Positions 38,780-50,313 are shown, counted from the stretch's first letter. The stretch is DNA of 64,000 nt from Gammaproteobacteria bacterium (GCA_965223115.1 OZ244982.1:2557636-2621635), one strand, 5' to 3'. Translations and numbers: made by a program. The notes: generated by a model not told the origin, from the sequence alone.

Positions 38780-40216
38780 CTAAACAGGCTTAGAATTTAA
38801 GCGCAGTATAAACCGCAGGCTAAATACTACAGCACCGAGTAAAACGAATATGGCAAATATTGATGCTATAGCAGAATAACTTTGCCATTCAGGCAGATGG
38901 ACAGCAAACCTCCTTGCTACACCTTCTTTACCAGATAGTAAAAACATAAATACAAATGCCGTTCCGGCTATGACATATAACCAAAAACTGCCACGATCTA
39001 CAGCATTATCTGTGCAATTTTTTTCTGCTTTTAATAAGAAATACATAAACCCAAACACCATTGCTACCATGCCTAAAATTAAATAGAAATGAAAATGACC
39101 TGGTACCCACATGGTATTGTGCATAACATGGTTTACTGCAATTGTGCCGTCAATCACTGCAGGGATAACACCACCTGCCCAACCAAAAATTGAGAAAAAT
39201 AATAGGCCGGACGCCATGTCCCATTTAATACCGGAACGATACACAATTGCTAACGTTCCTATCATGGTGACTAGTAATACAGGAAAGCCACTTGTATACG
39301 ATATAACTTGTCCCATAATGAGCATCCAAGTAGGCATTACGAAATCCATGAATAAATGGTGTGGATACACGATCAACACCATGATGGTTGACGCGGTCCA
39401 GGCAGCTAAGAATACTTTGTTGGATTTCCAAGGACGGTTGGTATACCTAGGCAAGATTTCGTATACAGAAATAATCGCCATATAGATTGTTGCATTAATA
39501 AATGTATGACCAAAAAAGTAAATTAAATTTTTGGCGAGTAATGCATCTACTTTAAATGATGGGACAAGTATATTAATAATCATCATGATAAGAATTGAGG
39601 CGCCTGCAATTAGCGCTAAAGTATTCACTATGGTAACCATTGTGCTTGCTACAACCGTGGGTGGTGGTGCATTACCGTCATCATTGCCAAATAGTTGAGG
39701 CCAACCTAAAGATTTTGCAAAACTACCATACTCGGAAATAATGGCACGTCCTGCATCTAAGTAAAATAATAAAAAGCCCACACCTACTAGCAATACACCG
39801 GCTAGAAAAAGTATTGCAGATTCAGGCGGCCAAGCCCCAGCAGAGGTGCTAGGTAATGGGTACAAAAAAGTCCAACCTGCCCCAAACTTACCTAGAAATA
39901 TTGCTGCTAAAATACAAACTACACCGGCTAGAAATAGCAATAAGTTAGTTACGAGTATACTCGTATAAAGTTCAACGTATTGACGCAGGAAATACCACAT
40001 TATTGCAGTGCCACCAAGACCTGCGATTCCCACCATGCCCACACCGTGAGCAGTCATGATTTGGTAAAATAAATCTGGCCCTAATGTTATATAGTTAGCT
40101 TGTGCGACACGCATGATCAAGCCTAATAACATCATGAGGACAACCACTATTCCAAAAATTGCAATATATGCGTAAACCGTTTTTTTCCCAGCTGTAGGTA
40201 TATTTAAAGTATTCAT
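38780..40216 (-). CDS. Heme-copper oxidase subunit I-like (short, 478 aa; sNOR NorS-like or B-family)
   Basis: 12 TM; CuB HH (YPHHLFMDF) and helix-X HFHF (VPGHFHFYL) ligands. Confidence 0.75.
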   Translation of the reverse strand: MNTLNIPTAGKKTVYAYIAIFGIVVVLMMLLGLIMRVAQANYITLGPDLFYQIMTAHGVGMVGIAGLGGTAIMWYFLRQYVELYTSILVTNLLLFLAGVVCILAAIFLGKFGAGWTFLYPLPSTSAGAWPPESAILFLAGVLLVGVGFLLFYLDAGRAIISEYGSFAKSLGWPQLFGNDDGNAPPPTVVASTMVTIVNTLALIAGASILIMMIINILVPSFKVDALLAKNLIYFFGHTFINATIYMAIISVYEILPRYTNRPWKSNKVFLAAWTASTIMVLIVYPHHLFMDFVMPTWMLIMGQVISYTSGFPVLLVTMIGTLAIVYRSGIKWDMASGLLFFSIFGWAGGVIPAVIDGTIAVNHVMHNTMWVPGHFHFYLILGMVAMVFGFMYFLLKAEKNCTDNAVDRGSFWLYVIAGTAFVFMFLLSGKEGVARRFAVHLPEWQSYSAIASIFAIFVLLGAVVFSLRFILRLNSKPV

Positions 40217-40236
40217 GATTTATTACCTCTTAATAA

Positions 40237-40761
40237 TTATTCGCTGACTGTAATTTCAGTAACCATGGCATGATGTGCCAAACCACAAAACTCTAAACAA
40301 AGTATCCGGTAAGTCCCTGGCTTTGTGTATGTCACAAGCAAAGAATTTGTGTAACCAGGCATTGCTTGTGTTTGGCCAATAACATTTAGCTCTGGATCAT
40401 AAATACCAAAACCATGGTTCACATCTGCTGATGTCACTTTATATAAAACTGGTTTACCTACTTCTGCGGTCAAATCTTTAATATCCCAGAACCACTGATG
40501 GCCAATCACATCTATTGTTTTTGTAGCATCAGAGAGAGTTGATTTTTTTGGATATGGCATTTTAGTAAGGGTGTATCCAATTACAGGAATAACAATAAGC
40601 AGCATCAAGAAGAATAACTTTGAACGTACGCTATAAGCTTTTTTTTGTATGGGAGGATAATCAGCATTTGTAGATGAGGCGTTTTTAGCAATGAAGATAA
40701 AAAAGATAGCTAACAGAGCTACAAGAATTAAGGTCACTAGCCATGAAATTTCTTGGTACAT
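40237..40761 (-). CDS. Heme-copper oxidase subunit II-like, CuA cupredoxin (NorY-like)
   Basis: 174 aa; single TM; CuA motif CLEFCGLAHHAM. Confidence 0.8.
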   Translation of the reverse strand: MYQEISWLVTLILVALLAIFFIFIAKNASSTNADYPPIQKKAYSVRSKLFFLMLLIVIPVIGYTLTKMPYPKKSTLSDATKTIDVIGHQWFWDIKDLTAEVGKPVLYKVTSADVNHGFGIYDPELNVIGQTQAMPGYTNSLLVTYTKPGTYRILCLEFCGLAHHAMVTEITVSE

Positions 40762-41009
40762 TTTATTTTCCTCCTGAAATTTATTTTGATGTATGAACTA
40801 GTTAAGTTCTAAATATCATTGTATCTGGTAATAACAACACCAAGTTTGTGAGTATTAATGTTTAAAAGTTATTTTAATTATTATTATTTTAAACATCTAT
40901 TATAAATAGATGGACAAATTATACATAAAAAGATATAAATTAAATAGATCTTTTGGGATAAAATAGTATTTGCTATATAATTTATGGTTTAAATCAGGAA
41001 AATTTATTC

Positions 41010-41459
41010 ATGCACGTTACAAAATTCTCTGATTATGCGCTTCGAGTGCTCATCTACTTGGCTTGTAAAGAAAGTGATAACTTGATTACTATTTCAGAGT
41101 TGGCAAAAACCTATTCAATCTCTGTGCATCATGTACGTATGGTTGTATATAAGCTTGGTCAATTGGGATATGTAAATTGCATACAAGGTAAAGGTGGTGG
41201 ATTAGAGCTAGCACTTGAACCAGAAGAAATTTCTGTTGGTGAGGTTATTAGGAAAACTGAACCAGATTTTTGTATTGTTGAATGTTTTAGTCCAGAGAAT
41301 AAATGCTCAATAGTAAAAGCATGTAAGTTACAACATATTTTATCAGATGCTTTAAATGCATTTTTTGAAACATTAGATCAATATACTCTAGCAGATATTT
41401 CTGATAATAAGAGGAGCATAATGAAGCAGCTAACGTTGCGTAAAAAAATAGTCGCTTAA
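41010..41459 (+). CDS. nsrR: Rrf2-family regulator (NsrR-like NO-sensing repressor)
   Basis: 149 aa; Rrf2 HTH (MHVTKFSDYALRVLIYLA…); 3 Cys (CIVECFSPENKC…C) for an Fe-S cluster. Divergent from the oxidase operon. Confidence 0.7.
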   Translation: MHVTKFSDYALRVLIYLACKESDNLITISELAKTYSISVHHVRMVVYKLGQLGYVNCIQGKGGGLELALEPEEISVGEVIRKTEPDFCIVECFSPENKCSIVKACKLQHILSDALNAFFETLDQYTLADISDNKRSIMKQLTLRKKIVA

Positions 41460-41689
41460 TATTTTTTTGTATCTATATTTTTTGCTTGCAATTGTAATAA
41501 TGGATTAGGCCATTGACTGTTAATCGAAATGCTTTGGTTTTGCTCAGTTAATGTAATGCTAAGGTTTAACTTATCAGCAAGTGGTGCAATAGGTGTTCAT
41601 TTAGGTAAAAATCACTGATTAACGGTGTATTTTTAAGAATTGCCGCGAAATGCCGTTAAGTATGGTATCTCAATAAATGAGCAATAACA

Positions 41690-43639
41690 TTGGTCACCGG
41701 CAACCCCACAAATAGTTCCCGTTATCATCTAGGTTTTCGCGATACCTTGCGTGTTCTATGGCCTTATGTAAAACAAAATTTTATGAGTCAAGTAAAAGGT
41801 ATTTGGTTTATTGTCGTTTATTTAATAGTTTTCCAATTGCTTATTCTGCAATTACCGATTGTATATTCGGCAATGATTGCGATAGGTATATTTGTTGTTG
41901 CGGTTGGTTTGATGTTCTTTATGGAAGGTTTACGTCTTGGCTTGATGCCATTGGGGGAAGTAATAGGCAGTGTTTTACCGCGTAATAGTGGTATGCCGAT
42001 AATTTTAGGTTTTGCATTCTTGCTAGGCATTGGAGCAACTTTTGCAGAGCCTGCAATTGCAGTTCTAAAAGCTGCAGGTAGTGGAGTGTTACCCGATAAA
42101 GCACCATTGCTTTATAGCTTACTTAACGATTTTTCAGGTCAACTAGTTACTAGCGTTGGTATGGGTGTTGGGTTCGCTGTAATGCTGGGGGTTTTACGTT
42201 TTTTTTATGCGTGGCCGCTAAAGTATCTTGCTATTCCAATAGTATTTTTGTTATTAGCGTTATCTCTTTATTTTAGTCAAGTACCAGAATTGCGCGATGT
42301 ATTAGGGCTTGCTTGGGATTGTGGTGCAGTAACTACTGGTCCAGTTACAGTTCCTCTTGTATTGGCTTTGGGCATTGGAGTATGTCGTGTCGTCAGTAGT
42401 GGATCTGGCAGTGGCGGGCATTCTGGATTTGGAATTGTCACTTTAGCTTCATTATTCCCCATACTGGCAGTACTTCTGTTGGCGTTGTTCCATTACACAT
42501 ACGGTGATTATTACGGTACCTCTAAATATTCAGGCGTTGAAGTAATAGAGACAAAATCTGCTATGGATAAAAGTAGCGAAATTGATTTAGAAAAAAAATC
42601 AGTTGCTATCACAGAGGACGAATTTTTAACTTATTTAGAAACTGGAAATTTACCAAATGGATATACCTTGGATTTTGATGGAGGCTTTGCCGAGTTGGTT
42701 GATGGAAAAATTATATTGAGGAGTCCGGATCTTATTGTGAAGAAAGTTTATTCACGTGACTTCCAAATTATAAGTGAAAAAACTTGGAATAAAAAACATT
42801 CGATTGTAGATCAATTATGGCAGGCTTTCGTTGGCGCCTTGCGTGCAATAATTCCCTTATGTCTGTTTTTATATTTTGTACTACGCATGATTCTGAAACA
42901 GCGTTTAGAGAAAAACAACGATGTTGGAGTAGGTATCACGTTTGCATTGATTGGTATGGCTTTATTTGGTCTTGGTATTGCGTTAGGTCTAACGCCACTC
43001 GGTAGCCAGTTGGGAAGTAATGTTCCTTTAGCGTTTGCAGAAATCGTGCCCTGGGGATTTGACTATCCAGAAGGGCCACTTTTTGGTGATGGTCAATTGG
43101 GTAAGATTGTTGCTATCGGATTCGCTTTTTTTCTGGGTTATGGTGCCACCCTTGCTGAACCTGCCTTGAATGCACTTGGTGATACAGTTGAAAGAATTAC
43201 AGTAGGTGCGTTTCGAAAAAGGCTATTAATGCAAAGTGTTGCTATTGGTGTAGGTTTAGGGATTGCTGCGGGAATTGTAAAAATGGCTTTTAACTTGCCA
43301 TTAATTTGGATGCTAATACCACCTTATCTTCTAGTTCTTATACTGACATGGTATGCACCAAATAGCTTTGTTAATTTTGGTTGGGATAGTGCTGGAGTTA
43401 CCACAGGTCCAATTACGGTTCCATTGGTATTAGCGATGGGCTTAGGTGTGGGTGCAAATGTTCCTGGTGTAAGTGATGGGTTTGGAATTCTCGCGCTTGC
43501 ATCTGTTGGGCCTATTCTCACAGTTCTTTCTGTTGGTTTATATACGCAGAGAAATGAGCAAAAAATGACACATGAAAATGAGCCTCAATTAGAAAGTGCA
43601 TTCGATAGCAATGTGGAATTACCTAATAGTGCATCATAA
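41690..43639 (+). CDS. DUF1538-family membrane protein (tandem duplicated permease-like domains)
   Basis: 649 aa. Two homologous halves: …GATFAEPAIAVLKAAG… and …GATLAEPALNALGDTV…. Confidence 0.65.
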   Translation: MVTGNPTNSSRYHLGFRDTLRVLWPYVKQNFMSQVKGIWFIVVYLIVFQLLILQLPIVYSAMIAIGIFVVAVGLMFFMEGLRLGLMPLGEVIGSVLPRNSGMPIILGFAFLLGIGATFAEPAIAVLKAAGSGVLPDKAPLLYSLLNDFSGQLVTSVGMGVGFAVMLGVLRFFYAWPLKYLAIPIVFLLLALSLYFSQVPELRDVLGLAWDCGAVTTGPVTVPLVLALGIGVCRVVSSGSGSGGHSGFGIVTLASLFPILAVLLLALFHYTYGDYYGTSKYSGVEVIETKSAMDKSSEIDLEKKSVAITEDEFLTYLETGNLPNGYTLDFDGGFAELVDGKIILRSPDLIVKKVYSRDFQIISEKTWNKKHSIVDQLWQAFVGALRAIIPLCLFLYFVLRMILKQRLEKNNDVGVGITFALIGMALFGLGIALGLTPLGSQLGSNVPLAFAEIVPWGFDYPEGPLFGDGQLGKIVAIGFAFFLGYGATLAEPALNALGDTVERITVGAFRKRLLMQSVAIGVGLGIAAGIVKMAFNLPLIWMLIPPYLLVLILTWYAPNSFVNFGWDSAGVTTGPITVPLVLAMGLGVGANVPGVSDGFGILALASVGPILTVLSVGLYTQRNEQKMTHENEPQLESAFDSNVELPNSAS

Positions 43640-44847
43640 TGTTTAGTAATAGCCATAAGATATCGTTGATAACTGCAGTGCTCCCAAGCTCTTCTGCTGG
43701 TGAAGTAATAGAAAATCTAATCTGTAATCAAGCCATTGCTGTATTAGTGTCAAAGGCCCGTGGTACATTGTTACAAGAGCATTGGTGGAAGTCATGGTTG
43801 CCTCCCATTAGCCCTTCCAAACTTATGTTACGCATGATCGTACCTGAACATGATGTTGATCAGGTCGTAAGTACGATCATTACTGAGGGGAAGCTACACT
43901 TTCAAGCTACAGGTGCAGTTTTTAGTACCCCATGTGAAAGTGCATATGTTGGTTCGGAATTTCATAGTTTGCGTACTGTTGAAATGTCTGGTTCAGTGAC
44001 CGAGTCACATAAACTATGTGAAAACTTAAGTGCGATTTACTGTAGTGTTGGGCATCGTTTAAGCGATCGAATTGCAAAAGCAGCGATCAATGCAGGTGCT
44101 CATGGACCGGTGGTTTATTATGCAAATGGGCAAGGTTTACGAGATCGACTTGGCTGGTTACGTATTACAAAGGATAGTGAACAAGAAGTATTAATGGTTA
44201 TTGCTGATGATGCAGATGTAGAAGTGATATTTGATGCAATGGCTAAAGCAGGTGAGATTCATTTGCCTGGGCGTGGTTTCATGTATAGGTTGCCAATTGA
44301 TAAAGGCATGATTAATTTGCCTAGCCGCATTTCTAATCCTCATTATGACGCGAATACTCAACAAATTATTAACGCCATAGATCATCTTGCTGGACATACA
44401 CATTGGCGTGACCAATCTGTTTTTGAGGTGGGAGGTCAAGGCAAAAGTATTGGGCTTCAATTTCTTCAGGAAAATAAGCCAGAGTTAACTAATCAAACGT
44501 GCTTTTCAGCAGTTGTGAATCGTGACCAATCTCAAAAGTTGATTGATTTAATGTTGGGTGCGGGGGCACCCGGATTAAATGTAAGTTATGCTCGTTATGC
44601 TGCTGCAGATGCCGAAGAGCAGGTCTTAGCACATGCAAACATAAACCATGAGTATGCAACTATACGTTGTATTACAGATCAAAGCGTTGCTAAAACTATA
44701 GCAAATAAAATTGAATCAAATGCTGAGCAAAGTGGTTTATGTGATTTATGTGTTTTGGCTCATAAGGCACCTCGTATAGCAAAGTATGTTCCAAGTACCA
44801 TTGAATATCGTAACAAACCAAAACGTTTTGCATTTACATCGTCTTAA
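43639..44847 (+). CDS. Soluble partner of DUF1538 (possible P-II-like multi-domain protein)
   Basis: 402 aa; start overlaps the DUF1538 stop (ATGA). The P-II-like assignment rests on the typical DUF1538 neighbourhood, not on motifs. Confidence 0.35.
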   Translation: MFSNSHKISLITAVLPSSSAGEVIENLICNQAIAVLVSKARGTLLQEHWWKSWLPPISPSKLMLRMIVPEHDVDQVVSTIITEGKLHFQATGAVFSTPCESAYVGSEFHSLRTVEMSGSVTESHKLCENLSAIYCSVGHRLSDRIAKAAINAGAHGPVVYYANGQGLRDRLGWLRITKDSEQEVLMVIADDADVEVIFDAMAKAGEIHLPGRGFMYRLPIDKGMINLPSRISNPHYDANTQQIINAIDHLAGHTHWRDQSVFEVGGQGKSIGLQFLQENKPELTNQTCFSAVVNRDQSQKLIDLMLGAGAPGLNVSYARYAAADAEEQVLAHANINHEYATIRCITDQSVAKTIANKIESNAEQSGLCDLCVLAHKAPRIAKYVPSTIEYRNKPKRFAFTSS

Positions 44848-45101
44848 CCTGGTATGTAATTAAAGTTTTTTGTTCTATAGTTATTAGCAAATAAATAATA
44901 GCTATTGTGATATGTATACAATGAGGCTATCAATTTTATAATGATTGATATGCATATCATTATAAAAGGTTTTAGGTGTAGCAGTTATATAGAATAGTTA
45001 GTGGGAAAAAATAATAATAGAAATTCAAATATTTTCTTAAATGTCTACAAACCGTCAAAATATTGACACTAAATATTCATTTGGTCCATCCCGTGATCTA
45101 T

Positions 45102-45440
45102 TTATAACTTTGTGGCACATTTTTTTACATTGTTGACCACAGTAGCAATCAGTTGGTGTCCCCTCTCGCTTATATGTAGATGTTTGAGTCTAAAATCTTC
45201 TTCACAATCAGTTTCCGTCACTAGCTCATGTTCATGAATTAAGTCTTTCACATAGCGTTTAACTGTAGTATGCGTGAGCTTTGGTATACGTGTAGCCAAA
45301 TCATTACGGGTAATTTTATCGTTTAAAAAGATAATAAATAGTATTTCTATATGATTCATTGTGATGCTAAGCGATGAGTGCGCCCTTAAAGCTCGAATGG
45401 TATCTACACAATTCGCTATTATTATTTCCTCGTTACTCAC
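45102..45440 (-). CDS. Winged-helix (MarR-like) putative regulator
   Basis: 112 aa; …TRNDLATRIPKLTHTTVKRYVKDL…. Confidence 0.35.
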   Translation of the reverse strand: MSNEEIIIANCVDTIRALRAHSSLSITMNHIEILFIIFLNDKITRNDLATRIPKLTHTTVKRYVKDLIHEHELVTETDCEEDFRLKHLHISERGHQLIATVVNNVKKCATKL

Positions 45441-45727
45441 AAATAAGATCCATTTAGCATGTAGTGGTTATTGTAATAGGATTTACTGCATATTAAATAA
45501 TAGGGACAAAATTGGTCCTAAATAACTTTTTAGCTTTTATTAGTGGTAAAATTTTCATGGTTGTATGGTTTTAAGTAAAGCCAAAAGTCAATGTCCATAC
45601 GCTGATTGGAAGCATGTATTAAAAATATATACGTCACTACTGGTTAGCATAGTAATAAAAATAATTTCACTTACTATAATAGTGATATGGGTTTTTATTA
45701 GTGCGTGTTAATAAAATTTATTAAGTC

Positions 45728-45952
45728 ATGGAAGATAAAAATGAGATTATTGAATTTGATAATGAAGATTCAAAAATCTTAAATAAAAAAGGTTGGTTTT
45801 TTGTCACTCATTATCGTAGTCGTGACAGCGGGCAAAGCACTAATGCATATAATAATGCAGTAAAAAAAGCATTATTAATAAACCGCAAAACAGGGCTGCG
45901 TAGCTATGAAAAAGATGGGTTCACCTATTGGGAAGTGTGGGAGCTTTGGTAA
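45728..45952 (+). CDS. Hypothetical protein (74 aa)
   Basis: ORF in AT-rich region. Confidence 0.2.
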   Translation: MEDKNEIIEFDNEDSKILNKKGWFFVTHYRSRDSGQSTNAYNNAVKKALLINRKTGLRSYEKDGFTYWEVWELW

Positions 45953-46163
45953 ATAGCTAACGACTATCTTTTTGTAGAATCAATCGAATAATCCTGCGGA
46001 TAAACTATCTAATGCTAAATGTCTGAGTAGCAGAATACTTAGCATTGTGAATTACTTTTCAAATTCGACACCGAGAATATACCGTATATCGGGAATTCTA
46101 ACACGGGTAATGGCGACTCTTCCAGAATAGCATCATTGCTAAGTTGTAGAAAATCTGAATATT

Positions 46164-46568
46164 ATGATAGGTAAGTTAGATACATTTATAAAAAAGATAG
46201 TTAATGGTCGTGGTCAATTGGAAATAAATAGTAATAAAAAAATGAATCATGGTGTGGGGCCAGTTATTAGTTCTGCTAATATTCATGAAATGGTAAAGCA
46301 GTGCAGGAAAGAGATCCAGAAATCTGAGGATTCTGGCATTATGCCTGCGCCAAATTACTTTGAAAAAGTAGCCATATTATCTAGAACAGAGCAGAGATAT
46401 GAAAATGAAATTGCAATTTGTGAAATGTATATTGATTTGGTTAATCAATATGCGACTGATAACCAATTGACAGATGCAGAAATGTCATCAAAGCTCCTTC
46501 CTAAGTGTGCGCCGTTTGTGAAACGAATACATAATGCAAAAATTATGTTAAGTAATCTAAACAAATAA
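46164..46568 (+). CDS. Hypothetical protein (134 aa)
   Basis: ORF only. Confidence 0.25.
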   Translation: MIGKLDTFIKKIVNGRGQLEINSNKKMNHGVGPVISSANIHEMVKQCRKEIQKSEDSGIMPAPNYFEKVAILSRTEQRYENEIAICEMYIDLVNQYATDNQLTDAEMSSKLLPKCAPFVKRIHNAKIMLSNLNK

Positions 46569-47089
46569 AAAATTTTAATTATTGCTTACAGAGTATATTG
46601 AAAAAACTATATTAGCTTATATGAAAGAATTTCATATTAAATTAAGATAACTTTATATGGCTTCAATATGAAAGTTAATATATGTAGATTATTTTAATAA
46701 TTTCACGATTTTTTAACTTTTATAATCTTCACTTATAGCAGGCTATCTGTATTAATTAAGTGTATTAGTAAAAATGCTATGCGCTTATACGTTAAGTAAA
46801 TTATATTGATGTTAGTCCTTTTCTTTATTGTCAACATGGTTGTTGATATGAGTCTTAAAAATCTTATACCTGTGCCAATTGCCAGTGATTGATATTTGGT
46901 TTTGAATACCTAAAGCTTATTCTAGTTGTGGAATATGCTCAGTACTTGTATCTATAGTGGCATTAATAATTAGCTATATACTAAGCCTAATAAAAATCGA
47001 ATTACCCAAACAATCAGGTATAATTTCGCGCTTTTAATTTACCCTGCATTGGCTGTGAGCAATGAGGGTTATTTTTTGGAATAAGCATT

Positions 47090-48910
47090 TTGTCTGATTT
47101 ACTACGAAATATTGCAATTATTGCGCACGTTGACCATGGTAAAACTACCCTGGTTGATAAGTTATTAGCGCAATCAGGGACTCTAGACCGAAAAAGCATT
47201 CATGCTGAGCGGATAATGGATTCAAATGATCAAGAGCGTGAACGTGGTATCACTATTCTTGCTAAGAATACAGGGCTAACCTGGAAGGACCATAGGATAA
47301 ACATTGTAGATACACCAGGTCATGCTGATTTTGGTGGTGAGGTAGAACGTGTGCTATCGATGGTAGATAGTGTTTTGTTGTTAGTAGATGCGGTAGATGG
47401 GCCAATGCCGCAAACTCGTTTCGTTACACAAAAAGCATTTGAGCGTGACTTACACCCCATCGTTGTAGTTAATAAAGTAGATCGCCCGGAATCACGACCT
47501 GACTGGGTTATTGATCAAGTGTTTGATTTATTCGACCGCTTGGGAGCTACGGATGCGCAATTAGACTTTCCAGTTATTTACGCTTCTGCTTTAGAAGGAA
47601 TTACAGGCCTGGACATAAATGCCATGCAAAAAGATATGACACCTTTATTAGATTTAATAATTGAACATGTTCCTGCACCTAAGACAAATGCAGAAGGTCC
47701 ACTACAAATGCAAATTAGTGCGTTGGACTATAGCAGTTATGTTGGTGTAATTGGTATTGGAAGAATTACACGAGGGAAGCTAAATCGTAACATGGCAGTT
47801 ACTGTGATAGATCGAGAAGGACAAACACGTAATGGTCGTGTGCTTGATGTAATGACTCATCATGGCTTAGAACGTATAGAAACTGAGCATGCTGATGCAG
47901 GAGATATCGTTTGTATTACAGGCCTAGATAGGCTGAATATATCAGATACAATATGCTCTCCCAATGATATTGAGGCACTTCCCGCCTTATCAGTAGATGA
48001 GCCTACTGTTAGCATGACTTTCCAAGTAAATGATTCTCCTTTTGCGGGTCAAGATGGAAAATATGTAACCAGCCGTACTATAAAAGAACGTTTAGAAAAA
48101 GAGCTTATACATAATGTTGCTTTACGTGTTAGTCAAGGCGATAGTGCAGATAAGTTTGTAGTTTCTGGAAGAGGTGAATTACATTTAAGCGTGTTAATCG
48201 AATCCATGCGAAGAGAAGGCTATGAAATGGGTGTGTCACGTCCAGAAGTTATACAAAAAGAAATTGCAGGTGAACTGCATGAACCCTATGAGCAGCTTGT
48301 GATCGATTGCGAAATCAATCATCAAGGTTCAATACTGGAAGAGCTAGGTGAACGCCGTGCGGAATTAAAAAACATAGAACCCGATGGCAAAGGTAGAGTG
48401 CGCTTAGAGTTCATTGTACCTGCGAGAGGTTTGATAGGTTTTCGTTCGAAATTTATGACTACAACTTCAGGCTCAGGCATCATGACCCATGTGTTTGATC
48501 ATTACGGACTTGTAAAAGCTGGACCAGTTGCAAATAGAGTGAACGGTGTTTTGGTCTCTATGGTTTCTGGTAAAGCTTTGGGTTATGCCTTGTTTGCTTT
48601 ACAAGAACGCGGTCGTTTATTTATTCACCCTGCCACCGAGGTGTATGAAGGTATGATAGTGGGGTTACACAGCCGTGATAATGACCTTGTTGTTAATCCA
48701 ACTAAAGCTAAACAACTTACTAATATTCGTGCAGCGGGTACTGATGAAAATATTAATCTTACACCACCTGTAAAACACAGTTTGGAGCAAGCTTTAGAAT
48801 TTGTTGAAGATGATGAACTAGTGGAAGTTACCCCAAATTATATTCGTTTGCGCAAGAAATTTTTAAAAGAACATGAACGTAAGCGTGCAAGCCGTAATGT
48901 TGCTGCATAA
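47090..48910 (+). CDS. typA: Translational GTPase TypA/BipA
   Basis: 606 aa; [15 protein letters not shown]…DTPGHADF…NKVDR. Full-length collinear with BipA. Confidence 0.95.
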   Translation: MSDLLRNIAIIAHVDHGKTTLVDKLLAQSGTLDRKSIHAERIMDSNDQERERGITILAKNTGLTWKDHRINIVDTPGHADFGGEVERVLSMVDSVLLLVDAVDGPMPQTRFVTQKAFERDLHPIVVVNKVDRPESRPDWVIDQVFDLFDRLGATDAQLDFPVIYASALEGITGLDINAMQKDMTPLLDLIIEHVPAPKTNAEGPLQMQISALDYSSYVGVIGIGRITRGKLNRNMAVTVIDREGQTRNGRVLDVMTHHGLERIETEHADAGDIVCITGLDRLNISDTICSPNDIEALPALSVDEPTVSMTFQVNDSPFAGQDGKYVTSRTIKERLEKELIHNVALRVSQGDSADKFVVSGRGELHLSVLIESMRREGYEMGVSRPEVIQKEIAGELHEPYEQLVIDCEINHQGSILEELGERRAELKNIEPDGKGRVRLEFIVPARGLIGFRSKFMTTTSGSGIMTHVFDHYGLVKAGPVANRVNGVLVSMVSGKALGYALFALQERGRLFIHPATEVYEGMIVGLHSRDNDLVVNPTKAKQLTNIRAAGTDENINLTPPVKHSLEQALEFVEDDELVEVTPNYIRLRKKFLKEHERKRASRNVAA

Positions 48911-48943
48911 TTTATAACTATTAATACTAAGGAGTAAGAGAAT

Positions 48944-49492
48944 ATGTCTGAACGAATCGTTATGCGAGTCGGTGAATCGTTAGTGGCGGGTGGCCCTCCT
49001 GGAACAGCTGCAGAACCAGAAGTTGTTATTGGAGAATTAGATGGGCCTGTAGGTACTGCGTTTGCAACCCTGTTGGGCGACCAGGTTAAAGGTCATTCGC
49101 GTGTATTAGCGATTATGAATACAGATATACAAGTGCGTCCTGCAACTTTAATGGTAAGTAAAGTGACTGTAAAAGATGATCGTTATACCAATATATTAAT
49201 GGGAACGGTGCAAGGTGCGATAGCAAATGGGGTATTAGATGCTGTGCGTAATGGTGATATACCAAAGGATAAAGTTAATGATGTTGGTATCATCGTGTCA
49301 GTTTGGTTAAACCCAATGGTATCTAAAGCCGATGACCTGGATCATAAAGTTTTGTTTGATATACATCGAAAGGCAATGGCAAATGCGATCCATAAGGCTA
49401 TGCATAATGAGCCCGATATAGATTGGTTACTTGAAAATCAAGAAGAAATCACCCATAAATATTATCAAATGGGGCTTGATGGCAAAATTTAA
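48944..49492 (+). CDS. fae: Formaldehyde-activating enzyme (Fae/Fae-like; 5,6,7,8-tetrahydromethanopterin hydro-lyase family)
   Basis: 182 aa; MSERIVMRVGESLVAGGPPGTAAEPEVVIGELDGPVGTAFATLLGDQ… matches Fae almost residue-for-residue in the N-terminal half. Confidence 0.75.
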   Translation: MSERIVMRVGESLVAGGPPGTAAEPEVVIGELDGPVGTAFATLLGDQVKGHSRVLAIMNTDIQVRPATLMVSKVTVKDDRYTNILMGTVQGAIANGVLDAVRNGDIPKDKVNDVGIIVSVWLNPMVSKADDLDHKVLFDIHRKAMANAIHKAMHNEPDIDWLLENQEEITHKYYQMGLDGKI

Positions 49493-50016
49493 CAACCATA
49501 ATAAATGGGGAACAAGGAGGTTCCCTGTAGCTTAATTTAATTTTTTCTGTAACAAGTATTGAACGTATTTAATTCGTGTACGACGATTTTTACTTGTATT
49601 TAGTCTGCAACACCAAGCTGCGTATTCAGCTGCGATTACACACATATGCACAAACTATTTGTCTTGCTTAGTTATAAATACAGTAGCTTTGTCTGTAAAA
49701 CTTAGCTATTGCATATAGTTATTGTGAAATGTTCCAGATGGCCACAAATTTTCTTAGTTCTTTCCATTCAAACTCATAACACCAAGGGACAGCAAATACA
49801 CTTAATCACTGAATCAGTTTGATAAAATTTCATATATATAATTGGCACTAGTATTTATAGATTAATAATAAAACGTATTAACTAGTTAATAAATTATTCT
49901 TAAGAACTTGAATATTTGGCTAAGTAAATAAACCAATTTACTGAGTAATGAATGCGTTAACTAAAAATCTATAAAGATCAGTTGAGTGTACTAGAAAATA
50001 AAATTATCAGTACTTT

Positions 50017-50313
50017 TTAATTATAATAAACTGTTGCTGTGCTGCGTTTATCGCCTTTCTGTCTTGATTTTAATTGCTTATATTTTCTAAGCAAAAATGC
50101 CCAGACATTTTCCTCTAAAATGGCATCTACTTTAGCCCGTCCAGCCTTGTAGGCAGCTTCGATTGCTTGACCTTGTGTCTTAAAATTAGGCCGAACTGTA
50201 TAGCACTGGACCGTGTCACCATTATGAATACAAAAAGTAGCATAGTAGTCTTGCGGATTTTTTTTATGTACCGCAGGAACTACGAGCCTGTTTTTATAAT
50301 GACATGTATGCAT
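50017..50313 (-). CDS. Hypothetical small basic protein
   Basis: 98 aa. Confidence 0.3.
   Translation of the reverse strand: MHTCHYKNRLVVPAVHKKNPQDYYATFCIHNGDTVQCYTVRPNFKTQGQAIEAAYKAGRAKVDAILEENVWAFLLRKYKQLKSRQKGDKRSTATVYYN

Noticed and set aside
44850-47090. Small ORFs and a MarR-like gene in a very AT-rich stretch: possible second horizontally acquired islet
   Set aside because: No integrase, repeats or tRNA to define boundaries. The ORFs are short and low-confidence. Composition alone is insufficient.
49493-50016. AT-rich 520-bp intergenic region after fae, with a GGGGAAC…GTTCCC hairpin
   Set aside because: The hairpin is plausibly the fae terminator. The rest shows no repeat or ORF structure I can support as an element.
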